A DNA stretch of 64,000 nt from Nannocystales bacterium (GTDB lineage: Bacteria; Myxococcota_A; Polyangia; Nannocystales; Nannocystaceae): NCBI GenBank assembly GCA_050633305.1, contig JBOEGF010000027.1, forward strand, positions 178,956 through 242,955, in the 5' to 3' direction. The notes beneath the pieces are model-generated. The model had not been told where the DNA came from, did no database searches, and was given only the letters and a program-made list of their open reading frames with translations. The position numbers were made by a program, and so were the translations under genes. Of this stretch, positions 54,517 to 64,000 are shown piece by piece (positions within the stretch are counted from its first letter, which is position 1; the number at the start of each line of letters is the position of its first letter).

Positions 54517-54849
54517 ATGGCCAGCGACAACGTGACCAACACCACCGACGGCAGCTTCTCTTCCGACGTGTTGGAGTCCGACACGCCCGTGCTCGTGGAC
54601 TTCTGGGCCACGTGGTGTGGGCCCTGCAAAGCGATTGCCCCCCACGTCGAAGCGGTGGCGGAGGAACTCACGGGCAAGGCGAAGGTCGTGAAGATGGACA
54701 TCGACTCCAACCCACAGACCCCCGCCAAATACGGCATCCGCAGCATCCCGACCCTGCTCGTCTTCAAGGGCGGCGAGGTCGTCGACCAGCTCGTGGGCAA
54801 CCCCGGCAGCAAGTCCAAGATCGCCGACCTCCTCGGCCGTCACGTCTAA
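54517..54849 (+). CDS. trxA: Thioredoxin
   Basis: LVDFWATWCGPCK, YGIRSIPTL. Confidence 0.96.
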   Translation: MASDNVTNTTDGSFSSDVLESDTPVLVDFWATWCGPCKAIAPHVEAVAEELTGKAKVVKMDIDSNPQTPAKYGIRSIPTLLVFKGGEVVDQLVGNPGSKSKIADLLGRHV

Positions 54850-54958
54850 GCCTCGACTCTCCGGGCGCACACGATGCGCTGCAAGAAGCCGCCCGAGCGA
54901 CTGCTCCGGCGGCTTTTGACGTTCGGTGGAAGCCGGAGCGATCCGTGTCTTTGGAGCG

Positions 54959-56011
54959 CTACGGCTCGTAGCACAGGACGCGAGCGCGAATCTGTCCCGA
55001 GGAGAAGTTCGCGCGGCCACAGGCCATCCATGCCTGGCCGTCCTCCATCGCCCGAGATACTTCGAGCGTCGCCGCCAGCGTTCCGCCGTTGCCTCCGCCC
55101 GCGATCGCGAGACCGGCCTTGCAGGCCGCCTGGGCGCAGTCGACCGTCGCGAGTTCCACCGGCTCGGTGACCTCCACCAGTTGAATGCTGGCGCCCACCG
55201 GAAGCACCGCACACGTCGCGTCCACCTCGACCTGCGGCGCCCCCCCAAGCCCCCGACCGCAGACCTCCCAATGCCCGTCGAGAGTCGGCTGGGAGGCAGT
55301 CAATGCGAAGTTGGACCCCCACCGTCCTCCGCCCCCGACCAGACTGGTTCCCATGGGGCAGCCGGCATCGACGCAGACGACCGCATCATCGTCGAGAACC
55401 TCGACTTCGGTCACGGTGAGCAGGTCGCCCTCCGCGACGGCACATCGCGCGAAGACGTTCCACGCGTCGGGGTTTCCAGCCGACGCGCCGCAGATGTCCC
55501 ACGAGCCCGCCTCGAAGTCGGCTGCACTGGAATGCAGGTCAACGTTGTCGACTTCGAAGCCGCCGCTCAGCGGAAGGTCCGGGCCGCAAGATGTGCTCAG
55601 GCACGGGGTCCCTTCGTTAAACGGACCTCCGATACCACTCACGCTGAATGCACTGGATATCTCCAGGGGTGACAGACACGTCCCGTCGACCTCGACCTGG
55701 CCGGGCGCACAACCGCCGCCGTCCGTAGACTCGCTGGCGGGGCCCTCCTCGGAGCTCTCGACTGCCCCCGTACTGTCGCCGGTCGTGGTGGTACCGGACG
55801 ACCCGCTGTCCGCCGCGGTGCTGGACGAGGTCGCGTCGGTCACAGTGGGGTCCGTCTGGCTCGTCTCGCCCGACGTCGGTGAGAGACTCGTCTGCGACGA
55901 CGTCGAGCTGCCGGTGTCACCTCCGGCATCGTTCACCGTTGGGGGATCCGAAAAACAGCCGACGAGCAGACTCGCAGCTCCCCAGACGACGTAGCGGCTC
56001 GCCCCGTTCAT
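54959..56011 (-). CDS. Lipoprotein with S/T linker and three Cys-containing repeats
   Basis: LVGC lipobox; three units of about 50 aa C...GG...S...W..CG...A.C. Confidence 0.75.
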   Translation of the reverse strand: MNGASRYVVWGAASLLVGCFSDPPTVNDAGGDTGSSTSSQTSLSPTSGETSQTDPTVTDATSSSTAADSGSSGTTTTGDSTGAVESSEEGPASESTDGGGCAPGQVEVDGTCLSPLEISSAFSVSGIGGPFNEGTPCLSTSCGPDLPLSGGFEVDNVDLHSSAADFEAGSWDICGASAGNPDAWNVFARCAVAEGDLLTVTEVEVLDDDAVVCVDAGCPMGTSLVGGGGRWGSNFALTASQPTLDGHWEVCGRGLGGAPQVEVDATCAVLPVGASIQLVEVTEPVELATVDCAQAACKAGLAIAGGGNGGTLAATLEVSRAMEDGQAWMACGRANFSSGQIRARVLCYEP

Positions 56012-56073
56012 GCGCGTGAACTCTACCAGCGAGGCCGCACCGATGCCTGGACCGGGATGGGGCAAACCACGCA

Positions 56074-56100
56074 AGAAGGCCCGCACGTGGCGGGCCCTCT
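56074..56100 (-). terminator. Hairpin after the transglutaminase gene
   Basis: agagggcccgc-cacgt-gcgggccttct on the minus strand, 27 nt after stop. Confidence 0.55.
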
Positions 56101-56127
56101 GAGTGCGCCGAGAAGGCGGCAAGCGGA

Positions 56128-58266
56128 CTAGTTGCGCAGACCGACGAGGTCGAACGCAGAGCTGGCCGCGTATCCACGCACCATGACGTGAATGACGTTC
56201 GGCTCCGACAGGCTGACCGAACAGTTCTCGGTCGACCCGGACGCATAGGGCCGACAGTCGTAGGCCGAGGTCGTCGGCGCGGATCCGACGCGCACGTAGA
56301 GGTCCGCATCGTTGGTGCCGGTCATGGCGAAGTCGTAACTGCCCGCAGGCACCTCGATGGTCTCGAAGCGAACCTCTTCCTGACGAGCGACCGTGCCTGC
56401 CTCAGCCAACCCATCCCAGGTTTCGCCCCCGCCGCCGCCGACGCCGGTCACGGTGAGGCGGTAGTGGTTCTCGTCGCCGTAGCCATGGACGAGTGCAGAG
56501 ACCGTCGCCGGAGCATCGAGCGTGAGCTCGCAAACCTCGTCGCTGCCGTTGAGGTACGGGCGGCAGTCGTACGCTTCGAGTGATGGCTCGGCGCCGACGC
56601 GGACGTAGAGGTCAGCATCCCCGCCTGGGTTCGTGGGGTGGTGCGCCATCGTGAAGGTGTAGCGTCCGGGCTCGAGCTCGACCGTGTGAGTCTGCGTACC
56701 GTCCCGGGCAACGAAGTCCGTGGTGTTGAGGAAGACCTCGGTTCCGCCCCCGCCCCCCTGCTCGGCCGCACAGCTGGCCGGCTCGTTGGCGCACTGAAGC
56801 AGCGAGCGCGCACGGGAGTACGAGATGAACGGGTTGTCGCTGTCGCCGCCCATGTCGTCGGCGTTCTCTCCGTAGCCGACGGAGTCGACCGCCATCCAGA
56901 TGAAGTCGGGGTGCAGCTCCTTGCTGTTGGACCCCCAGTTGACCGTGGGGTCTTCGACCCACTCGCCGCCGAGGATCCGGTCGTCGCTGTCGAGCTCGAG
57001 CACGTAGTTGAGCTCGACCAGGTGCGGGTCGATGTCGCGCTCGTCCGCACGGCGCATCAGCTCCCCTACGGGTACGCCATCGCTGATCATCGAGTAGGTC
57101 ATCGAGACGAGCATGTAGCGCTCGGCTTCGATGTTGAACTCGTACTCACTTCCCGCCGCCCCGATGAGTTCGTTGGCCGCTTCAGCCGTGACCTCTTCTT
57201 GGTGGTCGATCGTGTAGGAGACGATCGGAAAGTTCCAGACCTGGTAGTCCCAGTTGTGGTCGATGATGAACGCCGGGCGAGCATCGGGGTTGTTGGTCGA
57301 CAGGTTGCGGGCGCCGCGGCCGAGCATGCCTGTGATGGCGACGTGAAATGAGCCGGGGTTGAGGTCACGACACGCGACCTCGGTGGGCCGACCGAACTCG
57401 TCGCGCTCGATCTCATCGGGCCGGGTGTTGCAGCGCCGACCGCTGAAGGTCGCCTGGTCGCTGAAGTACAGCTCGGTCATCAGCGCCTCGATGTCGGCCA
57501 TGCGCCAGGTCATGCAGCCTTCATCGCCCTCGGCACACTCAACCACGCGGCCTTCTTCCATGCGCACGGTGACGTCGCGCTGCGGGTAGCCGAGCGGCTC
57601 GGTGGTGGCGTATGACGCCCAACCGTTGCAGTGGCCCCACCAGCTCTCGGGCTCCACCCACTGGTAGACGCCCTGGTTCTGCAGCTCCCATGCGGTGGCA
57701 GGACCGGCGACCTCGACTTGCGGGTGCTCGATCTGCTCGCAGTTGTCCGGGTCGTCCGCGTAGTCGGCATAGGTGCAGTGAGACACCGCCGGAACGACCT
57801 GCTCTTGACCGGGGTTGAACATCAGGTCGTACTTCTCCATCGGGGAGAGACGATTGATGTCGGAGCGATCGTTGTAGTCCTGGTTGGCGCCCGGCTGCCA
57901 ACGCCACGCCGTACCGTTGTCGGACTGGGGCCACCACGTGGACGCAAACACGTCCCAGTCGGTCTGCCCTTCCGTCAGGGCGGCGTCGTACAGGTGGTAC
58001 GCGCTGTCCCGGGTCACGTCGGGGTGGAGGCGAGAGACTCGGTTGGCGTCGTCAATCGCTTCGGTCTTGCCGGCTTCGTCAAAACCGACGACCACGTGCG
58101 ACCCACCACGGATCTGCTCGCCGTCGGGACCGGAGTAACCGAGCACGTAGAAGTACGAACCATCGCGGAAGTCCGCCGCGGGCTCGTGGTCGGAGGGCGA
58201 GCCGCCTTCGTTGGCACAAGCCGCGAGCAGGGTCAGAGCAGTGAGAGCAGTCAGGCGGAGTTTCAT
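56128..58266 (-). CDS. Transglutaminase-elicitor (oomycete GP42-like) lipoprotein with two PPC domains
   Basis: LAAC lipobox; STWWP, SPMEKYD, WWGHCNGWA, DIEALM, DLNPGSFH, VWNFP, YVLELD...ILGGEW, HPDFIW; two GDADLYVRVG...YDCRPY PPC domains. Confidence 0.85.
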   Translation of the reverse strand: MKLRLTALTALTLLAACANEGGSPSDHEPAADFRDGSYFYVLGYSGPDGEQIRGGSHVVVGFDEAGKTEAIDDANRVSRLHPDVTRDSAYHLYDAALTEGQTDWDVFASTWWPQSDNGTAWRWQPGANQDYNDRSDINRLSPMEKYDLMFNPGQEQVVPAVSHCTYADYADDPDNCEQIEHPQVEVAGPATAWELQNQGVYQWVEPESWWGHCNGWASYATTEPLGYPQRDVTVRMEEGRVVECAEGDEGCMTWRMADIEALMTELYFSDQATFSGRRCNTRPDEIERDEFGRPTEVACRDLNPGSFHVAITGMLGRGARNLSTNNPDARPAFIIDHNWDYQVWNFPIVSYTIDHQEEVTAEAANELIGAAGSEYEFNIEAERYMLVSMTYSMISDGVPVGELMRRADERDIDPHLVELNYVLELDSDDRILGGEWVEDPTVNWGSNSKELHPDFIWMAVDSVGYGENADDMGGDSDNPFISYSRARSLLQCANEPASCAAEQGGGGGTEVFLNTTDFVARDGTQTHTVELEPGRYTFTMAHHPTNPGGDADLYVRVGAEPSLEAYDCRPYLNGSDEVCELTLDAPATVSALVHGYGDENHYRLTVTGVGGGGGETWDGLAEAGTVARQEEVRFETIEVPAGSYDFAMTGTNDADLYVRVGSAPTTSAYDCRPYASGSTENCSVSLSEPNVIHVMVRGYAASSAFDLVGLRN

Positions 58267-58344
58267 GCGAACGACTCGAAGACAGGGCGCCAGGCATCCA
58301 ACAACGAGGGGCGCGCCCGCCACGCCTCGTCGCACTGGCAGAAG

Positions 58345-58360
58345 GCAATGTATGTGCCAA
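58345..58360 (-). promoter_or_regulatory. Sigma54 (-24/-12) promoter
   Basis: TTGGCAC-ATACA-TTGC on the minus strand, about 80 bp upstream of ATG 58266. Confidence 0.75.
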
Positions 58361-58432
58361 GAGCACAGAGAGTCCGGCCGCTGGAATCCCTGAACTTTCT
58401 CCGTGCGGGCGCGCACGAGGCTGACCACAACC

Positions 58433-58464
58433 GTTGCCAATGGCTGGCAACTTCACTTGCCAGC
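58433..58464. promoter_or_regulatory. Overlapping palindromes, candidate enhancer-binding-protein site
   Basis: GTTGCCA-N5-TGGCAAC and GCTGGCAA-N6-TTGCCAGC, about 75-105 bp upstream of the sigma54 site. Confidence 0.5.
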
Positions 58465-58554
58465 GCGGTCCATCACATCGAAACCACGACGTTTTTCGGG
58501 GCGACGCTGCAACCGTGCCCCGCCCGCGCCGTCGTCGTTTCTCCGCGGCAGAAC

Positions 58555-60525
58555 CTAACCGCAATCGCCGTCGAAGCCGCAATCGAACTGGGCTCGAATC
58601 GCCGGATTGGGCGACGCGAGAAACTCAAACACGTCTTCGGTCAGCACCTGGTCGGCCAGTTCCTGGTGTTCTGGCGCCATCTCCCGAACGACGATGCCCG
58701 GGTTGGCCGTCAAGAACAGTGAGCGCTCGACGTAGCTCAGCTCGGTGTAGTCGATCTCATCGCCATCGAACCATCCGCTCCCATCCAACCCATCACGGTA
58801 GGTCGCGTACAGCTCCTCCTCCGGGTCCGCGGTCAGACCGTCGATCAGCATCATCGAGTAGACGTGCCCCAGCAGGCTGATGCGATGAGCTGACGATGCG
58901 CCTTGGAATTCCTCCTCGAGGCACGAGCGGGTGTCCGAAAGGGTGTCGGCCGTCGTCCACGACGCGACCATTCCCGCCTGTCGCTCGACCTCATCCTCGT
59001 TGAGATGGAACCAGGTCTGCTCGTCGAGCGCGTAAGGCTTGGCCAGGAACGCGACGAGTAGGTTCTTCTCTTCGTCGGAGACTTCGCCGTCGCGCCAGGC
59101 CATCGCGGCCAACCCCCGAAACGCGCAGTCTCGGGCGGCGTTGTCCGACAAATACGTCGACCCCTCGAACATCAGGTCCGAGAGCCACCGCTTCGACATG
59201 ACCTGCACCGAGTTCCCGAGGTGCCAGGTCACCGCCGCATCCACAGCCGCGCTGACCAAGACAGCCGCGCCAAGCGTTGCCCACCCGAGGATCGTCTGCC
59301 CGATGCCCCGCGCTGTGCCCTCCAAGGCAGCCGTGGCGATCTGCTCCTGCGCCTTGCGGCTGAAGAGGTTGACGAGCAGGCCAATCGAACGATTGGCGAC
59401 GTTCCTGGCCACCTGCTCGCCAAGCGTCACGCCGAACCGTGCGGCCAGCCGCTTGGCGAGCAGGGGCACCAGAAGGTTCGAGATGATGACGTCCGCGGCC
59501 TCGGTCGCCAGCCCCTCGCCCATGAGCATCATGCTCATCAGGTACAGGTTGTCGCCCTCTCGGATGTCCCAGCCGTACACGGCCGCCAACTCGAAGGTCA
59601 TCTGCGCGTGCAGTTTCAGCAGCAGGAACGTCTCGCCGGTGATCGACAGCGCAGTTCCAGCGACGGGGACGAGCGCAACGACACCCGCCCCGGCACCGAC
59701 GGCCGCCGAAGCAGCGACGTAGCGGCGTACGATGTACTTGGCCTTGGCGTCCCGGGTCATCCCAGCGGGACGGATGTGCCCTTCGGCATCGATCACCTCG
59801 CCGAAGTTCTCGGCATTGATCACCTCGTAGTTTTTCTCGAGGATGCCAGTGGCCTTGTACATCGTGACCATCGCCGCACCGATCACCCCCGAGTCGTGCA
59901 TCAGCTGCAAGCTGCGCTGCATGTCGGGCGTAATCCCTACGACGTCCGAGAAGTCCGCCTCCGCGCCGGGTGTGGTGTCGTCGGCCTTGCCGTTGATCGA
60001 CACGTCGGTGAACTGCCCCAGCTGGACCATGTTCGCGGCGATGTACGCTCCCATCAGATCGCCAGTGACCTCAGCTTCCAGCTTGGCCAACACGCCGACC
60101 GCGTCGCGGTAGTGGCCCGCGGGGAGCTCCCCGATGGGCTCACCGAGTTCGTCCACCGCAAGCTCGGGAATCTCCACGTCGCCATCGGGAAGCTGAGAGG
60201 CCAACGCGACCACCTCGTCGAGCGCCTCCAGCTGTTCGTCGGTCAGCTTGTGTTCCAGGTAGTTCGCGTGCTGAACCAGGGCATCGAGAGACGCCTTTGG
60301 CTGATGGCCGAACAACACCTCGTCCTTCAGGTCGAGCATCGCCTTGGCGACCTCGACATCGTCCCCGCTCCAGCACAGGGTCGCCGACGACGGACACGCA
60401 GCATCAGCTTTGCCACCGAGCGCGAACGGCTCATCGGCCTGAGTCTCTTGGGCCGGCTCCTGGCAACCCGCCGTGCCCACACACAGTGACAACATCGCCG
60501 CAACGAGGCTCTTCGTAATCTTCAT
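58555..60525 (-). CDS. Lipoprotein with EcsC/DUF697-like hydrophobic domain and TerB-like C-terminus
   Basis: TAGC lipobox, two GKAD motifs, IVRRYVAASAAVGAGAG.VALVP...ELAAVYG, MAWRDGEVSDEEK, MMLIDG. Confidence 0.72.
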   Translation of the reverse strand: MKITKSLVAAMLSLCVGTAGCQEPAQETQADEPFALGGKADAACPSSATLCWSGDDVEVAKAMLDLKDEVLFGHQPKASLDALVQHANYLEHKLTDEQLEALDEVVALASQLPDGDVEIPELAVDELGEPIGELPAGHYRDAVGVLAKLEAEVTGDLMGAYIAANMVQLGQFTDVSINGKADDTTPGAEADFSDVVGITPDMQRSLQLMHDSGVIGAAMVTMYKATGILEKNYEVINAENFGEVIDAEGHIRPAGMTRDAKAKYIVRRYVAASAAVGAGAGVVALVPVAGTALSITGETFLLLKLHAQMTFELAAVYGWDIREGDNLYLMSMMLMGEGLATEAADVIISNLLVPLLAKRLAARFGVTLGEQVARNVANRSIGLLVNLFSRKAQEQIATAALEGTARGIGQTILGWATLGAAVLVSAAVDAAVTWHLGNSVQVMSKRWLSDLMFEGSTYLSDNAARDCAFRGLAAMAWRDGEVSDEEKNLLVAFLAKPYALDEQTWFHLNEDEVERQAGMVASWTTADTLSDTRSCLEEEFQGASSAHRISLLGHVYSMMLIDGLTADPEEELYATYRDGLDGSGWFDGDEIDYTELSYVERSLFLTANPGIVVREMAPEHQELADQVLTEDVFEFLASPNPAIRAQFDCGFDGDCG

Positions 60526-60656
60526 CGTTTCCAGAGCGCGCATCCAACGCGGCATCCCCGGACGACCCTAAAGTGTAGGCCTTCTGAATACAAGGCGAAA
60601 CGGCCCGCCCGCCGACTTCCGTGCCCGAACCAGGCGGAGGCAAGCGCAATTCCGCG

Positions 60657-62723
60657 CTACTCGACGTCGATCGTCAGGTCGTAGACGTTGGAGGCGCCCG
60701 CGTAGCCTTGGACCGACAGGTAGAACGTACACGGTGCGCAGCCCGGCTCCGAGATCAGCCGCTCGACGTGCTCGTTGGAGGTCGCGCTCTGCCCGTTGGA
60801 CGTGCTGCACAGCCCCGGAGCATCTGGCGTGCACGGGGTGAGGTCTGTGCCGTCGGTGTCGTGGAAGTGGAAGTCCAGGTCGCCATCGGCGTGCACGAAC
60901 GTTAGGTCGGCGACCAGCGTGTCCCCTGTGGACAGTTCGACGGCGTGGTAGTCGGCGTCGCCGGAGCAGATCTCGCGGTCGTTCGAGGCAAATGGAACTG
61001 AGACAACCGTCGCGCTTCCAGTTCCGTCATCCTCCTCCAAGCCGTCGTCCTGGCAGATGCCCGCGCAGTTCTCGGCGTCGAACGTGTAGAGCAACTCGTA
61101 GTCACGGTTGCCATCCCCCGAGGAGAAGACCCGTGCGTAGTACGACCCGGGCGAGAGGCAAACCTCGAGGACCTCATCGCTGCTCCCGGTCTCCGAGGTC
61201 TCGACCTCTCCGCCGCTGACGTCGTACAGGCCCAGATCCAAGTTGGCCCTGCCTGCTCCACCCGCGATGAGGAGCCCCAGCGTTCCATCGTCGGTGACGG
61301 TCATCCGGAACCAGTCCTCATCGCCTTCGCAGTAGGTGTAGTCCCCGGAAGCTTCGACCTCCAACGCTGGTTGGGATGCAGCCTGCGCCCGCGTGTCGTT
61401 GGGCTCGAAGTCATCGTCGGTGCACTCCGGGGGAGGCTCGTCGCTGCACGCCGGAGGCACACATTGTTCGGCCGTGACCCCGCCGGCTGAGGTCACCTCG
61501 GTGCAGGTGAACCCGTCGGCGCAGCCGCCATCGCACGCCTCGGTGCAATGCGTCGCCCTGCCCTCACCCACGACAACACAAAGGTCAGCATCGCCGCCGC
61601 ACTGGACGTCGGCGCTGCACGGCTCGCAAACTCCGGCACCCCCGCTGCCACCAGGGTTGTGCACCTCGATGGCGAACGTCCCCCGATCCGGGAGGTCGGT
61701 GAGGTGGTCACATTCGCCTTCGGCGTCGTCATCGTCGACGGCGGAGAGCAGGTAGTACAAGTTCGCGGTCGCTCCCTGGGCTTCACCGGCGACAGGGTTG
61801 GGGACCGTGGCGTTCCAGATTCCCAGCTGGAGGTCGCCGCTTTGCAACTCCATCTCGACGAGCGAAAGTTCGCTGAAGTCGAGCGGCTGCTTCGGCTCCT
61901 CCAGACTGTAGTACAGCAGCGGCGGTCCCTTGAGGCCCAGATCATCGCTGACTTCCGCGCTGATCTGAAGGTCGAGCACCGTCGAGAGATCGACGGCCTC
62001 GTGCTCGATCGTGGGCCCCTTGCCGGGACACTCCGCGTTGTCCCCGGGCCGCAGGACGATCAGGTAGTTTTTCAAGACGGGCTCATGCTCGCCGTCGTCG
62101 GCGAAGAGTGTCAGAGGGAAGCGATCCTCGGCGAGTTGTTCCTTGCTGGGGCACCACTGCCAACGGGCGGTCAACCCGGTGTCCTGCTGAAGCACCGCGT
62201 CGGCGATCAGCGGCTCTGCTTGTCCGAGGGTGACCGCGGCGTCGTCCTGGTCCTCGACCACGATTGCCAGGTCGAGGCAGTCCGCGCTTCCCAGGTCGAG
62301 CGTGGTCCCCGAGCCAAGCGGCTCGCGAAACATCGGTGCGGTGCCCTCGAGCGCGGTGCGAATGTCGATCGTGGCCGTGACGGTGTCGGAGTGCGTCCCG
62401 TCGCTGGCCGAGAAGTCGAACGGCCACTCCCCAACGTCAGCCCCTTGAGGCGTGAAGCGAAACACCGCCGTGCCATCGGGGCGCTCGGAGATGCTCGCGC
62501 GCGCGTCCAGGTCGTCGAGGTCGGCCGCGAAGTCGTAGCTGAGGTCGTCCCCGTCGGGATCGGTCGCCCGCAGTGTGATGACCAGCTCATTGCCGACCGC
62601 CGCCACCTGGTCGTCCACGGTTTCGAGGCGTGGCGGACGACTGTCCTCACCGCACGCAACAGCGGCGAGCACCCCCAGGATCGGGGCAACAAGACGGACG
62701 CGGACGTGCAGCTCGGAGGTCAT
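60657..62723 (-). CDS. Lipoprotein with cadherin/Ig-like, Cys-rich and PPC-like domains
   Basis: AVAC lipobox, ATDPDGDDLSY, Cys-rich EGF-like segment, DDDFEPND, DEDWF, NLDLGLY, DGDLDF; start could be GTG 62768. Confidence 0.78.
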   Translation of the reverse strand: MTSELHVRVRLVAPILGVLAAVACGEDSRPPRLETVDDQVAAVGNELVITLRATDPDGDDLSYDFAADLDDLDARASISERPDGTAVFRFTPQGADVGEWPFDFSASDGTHSDTVTATIDIRTALEGTAPMFREPLGSGTTLDLGSADCLDLAIVVEDQDDAAVTLGQAEPLIADAVLQQDTGLTARWQWCPSKEQLAEDRFPLTLFADDGEHEPVLKNYLIVLRPGDNAECPGKGPTIEHEAVDLSTVLDLQISAEVSDDLGLKGPPLLYYSLEEPKQPLDFSELSLVEMELQSGDLQLGIWNATVPNPVAGEAQGATANLYYLLSAVDDDDAEGECDHLTDLPDRGTFAIEVHNPGGSGGAGVCEPCSADVQCGGDADLCVVVGEGRATHCTEACDGGCADGFTCTEVTSAGGVTAEQCVPPACSDEPPPECTDDDFEPNDTRAQAASQPALEVEASGDYTYCEGDEDWFRMTVTDDGTLGLLIAGGAGRANLDLGLYDVSGGEVETSETGSSDEVLEVCLSPGSYYARVFSSGDGNRDYELLYTFDAENCAGICQDDGLEEDDGTGSATVVSVPFASNDREICSGDADYHAVELSTGDTLVADLTFVHADGDLDFHFHDTDGTDLTPCTPDAPGLCSTSNGQSATSNEHVERLISEPGCAPCTFYLSVQGYAGASNVYDLTIDVE

Positions 62724-62869
62724 CGACTCGGGTGGGAGGGCGTCGGGCTTCACTGCGCCCGAGACCACTTCGCCCCCATGGTACGCCACCACCGATCGGG
62801 GCACTCGGGCGGGCTGGAGCCAGCCCGACGAAACCGCGGACAGAGGCCCCGTACAACCCTGCCGAGGCT

Positions 62870-63964
62870 CTAGTCGACGGTGCGCAAGAGGCTGGAACGC
62901 TTGGGTCCCGTCGCGGAGAGCTTGCTGGTCTCCATGGCCGCCTGTGCCGCGATCAAGCTGAGCGCCTGCGCGAGCTCGCCCTCGGGGGCCGTCTCCACGA
63001 TCGGCTTGCCGGACTCGCCACCAAAGGCCACCGCGGGGTTGATGGGCACCCGACCCAACACCTCGACGTCGAACTCCTCGGCGAGGCGCTTGCCACCCCC
63101 GACCCCGAAGATCTCGTCGTGGTGCCCGCACGACGGGCACCGGTAGTACGACATGTTCTCGACGACGCCGATGACCGGGACTTCGAGCTTCTTGAACATG
63201 TTGACCGCCTTGCGCACATCGATCAGCGCAACCTCTTGTGGGGTGGTCACGATCAGCGACGCGGTGATCGGCACCAGCTGCGCCAGGGAAAGCTGGGCGT
63301 CTCCAGTGCCGGGCGGGAGATCGACGATGAGGTAGTCCAGCTCGCCCCACTGCACGTCCTCGAGGAACTGTGTGAGCAGCTTGTGAATCATCGGCCCGCG
63401 CCAGATGACGGCTTTCCCGGGCTCGACGAAGTAGTCGACACTCATCACCGGCATCCCGCGGTACAGGGCCGGAGAGATTCCGCTCCCGCCTTCGGCCGTG
63501 CCGGCCTCCCGATCGGCGGCGCCCAACATCTTCGGGACAGACGGTCCGTAGATGTCTGCGTCGAGCAGGCCGACCTTCGCACCCAACGAGCGCAGGGCCA
63601 TCGCCGTGTTGACGCTGAGCGTGCTCTTCCCCACGCCACCCTTCCCGGCAGCCACGGCGATCACGTTCTTGACGGTGGGCAGGCGGTTGAGGTCGGCACG
63701 CGCCGGCTTCTGCGGCACCTTCAGTCCCCAGGAGAGCTCCAGATTCGGGAGCTCCAGCGGCGCCAGCGCGTCCCGGATCGATGCCTCGAGGCCGTCTCGC
63801 AGGGGAAATCCGGGGGAGACGAGGTCCACGCGAAGCGACACAGAGGCGTCGTCCGCCACGTTCACATCGGACAACTGACCCGTGGCGACGATCGCGTGTC
63901 CTGTCGCAGGATCTTTGATCGAGGCGAGTGCGGCACGGATCTTCTCAGCATCGATGGCGGTCAT
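62870..63964 (-). CDS. mrp: Mrp/NBP35 (ApbC) Fe-S carrier ATPase
   Basis: GKGGVGKST, DADIYGPS, WRGPM, DLPPGTGDAQ, TTPQ, ENMSYYRCPSC. Confidence 0.95.
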   Translation of the reverse strand: MTAIDAEKIRAALASIKDPATGHAIVATGQLSDVNVADDASVSLRVDLVSPGFPLRDGLEASIRDALAPLELPNLELSWGLKVPQKPARADLNRLPTVKNVIAVAAGKGGVGKSTLSVNTAMALRSLGAKVGLLDADIYGPSVPKMLGAADREAGTAEGGSGISPALYRGMPVMSVDYFVEPGKAVIWRGPMIHKLLTQFLEDVQWGELDYLIVDLPPGTGDAQLSLAQLVPITASLIVTTPQEVALIDVRKAVNMFKKLEVPVIGVVENMSYYRCPSCGHHDEIFGVGGGKRLAEEFDVEVLGRVPINPAVAFGGESGKPIVETAPEGELAQALSLIAAQAAMETSKLSATGPKRSSLLRTVD

Positions 63965-64000
63965 AGGAGGGTCGCGGATCTAGCACCCGCTTGACCGCCA

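Noticed and set aside
58443..58464. TGGCAA...TTGC as a second sigma54 promoter
   Set aside because: GG-GC spacing is 11, not 10; treated as an enhancer-like dyad.

Overview
Gene-dense, GC-rich (roughly two-thirds G+C by eye) bacterial chromosomal segment. A MYXO-CTERM protein, a Ser/Thr kinase-TPR receptor, many Cys-rich lipoproteins and a DUF4388 response regulator point to Myxococcota, probably Nannocystales-like (inference). Housekeeping content: a complete ISC Fe-S operon (iscS-iscU-iscA-hscB-hscA-fdx), carB-greA, mtnB-mtnD-ahcY, coaD, trxA, a RluA synthase, a PaoABC/YagTRS-like molybdoenzyme and Mrp/ApbC. I saw no rRNA, tRNA, CRISPR or IS element. Most notable: (1) a squalene epoxidase gene 2 bp downstream of an SHC-type triterpene cyclase with a remodelled active site (DLDA in place of DxDD); (2) the ISC operon is headed by a MerR-family regulator with a CX2CX8CX2C tail and two operator-like boxes, in place of IscR; (3) an oomycete-type transglutaminase lipoprotein behind a consensus sigma54 promoter, within a run of four surface lipoproteins; (4) a window-wide TAnnnT-N6-8-start codon signature of leaderless transcription, including two bidirectional promoters. 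All family assignments come from recognising motifs by eye, not from database searches. Several start codons were re-assigned relative to the ORF track.
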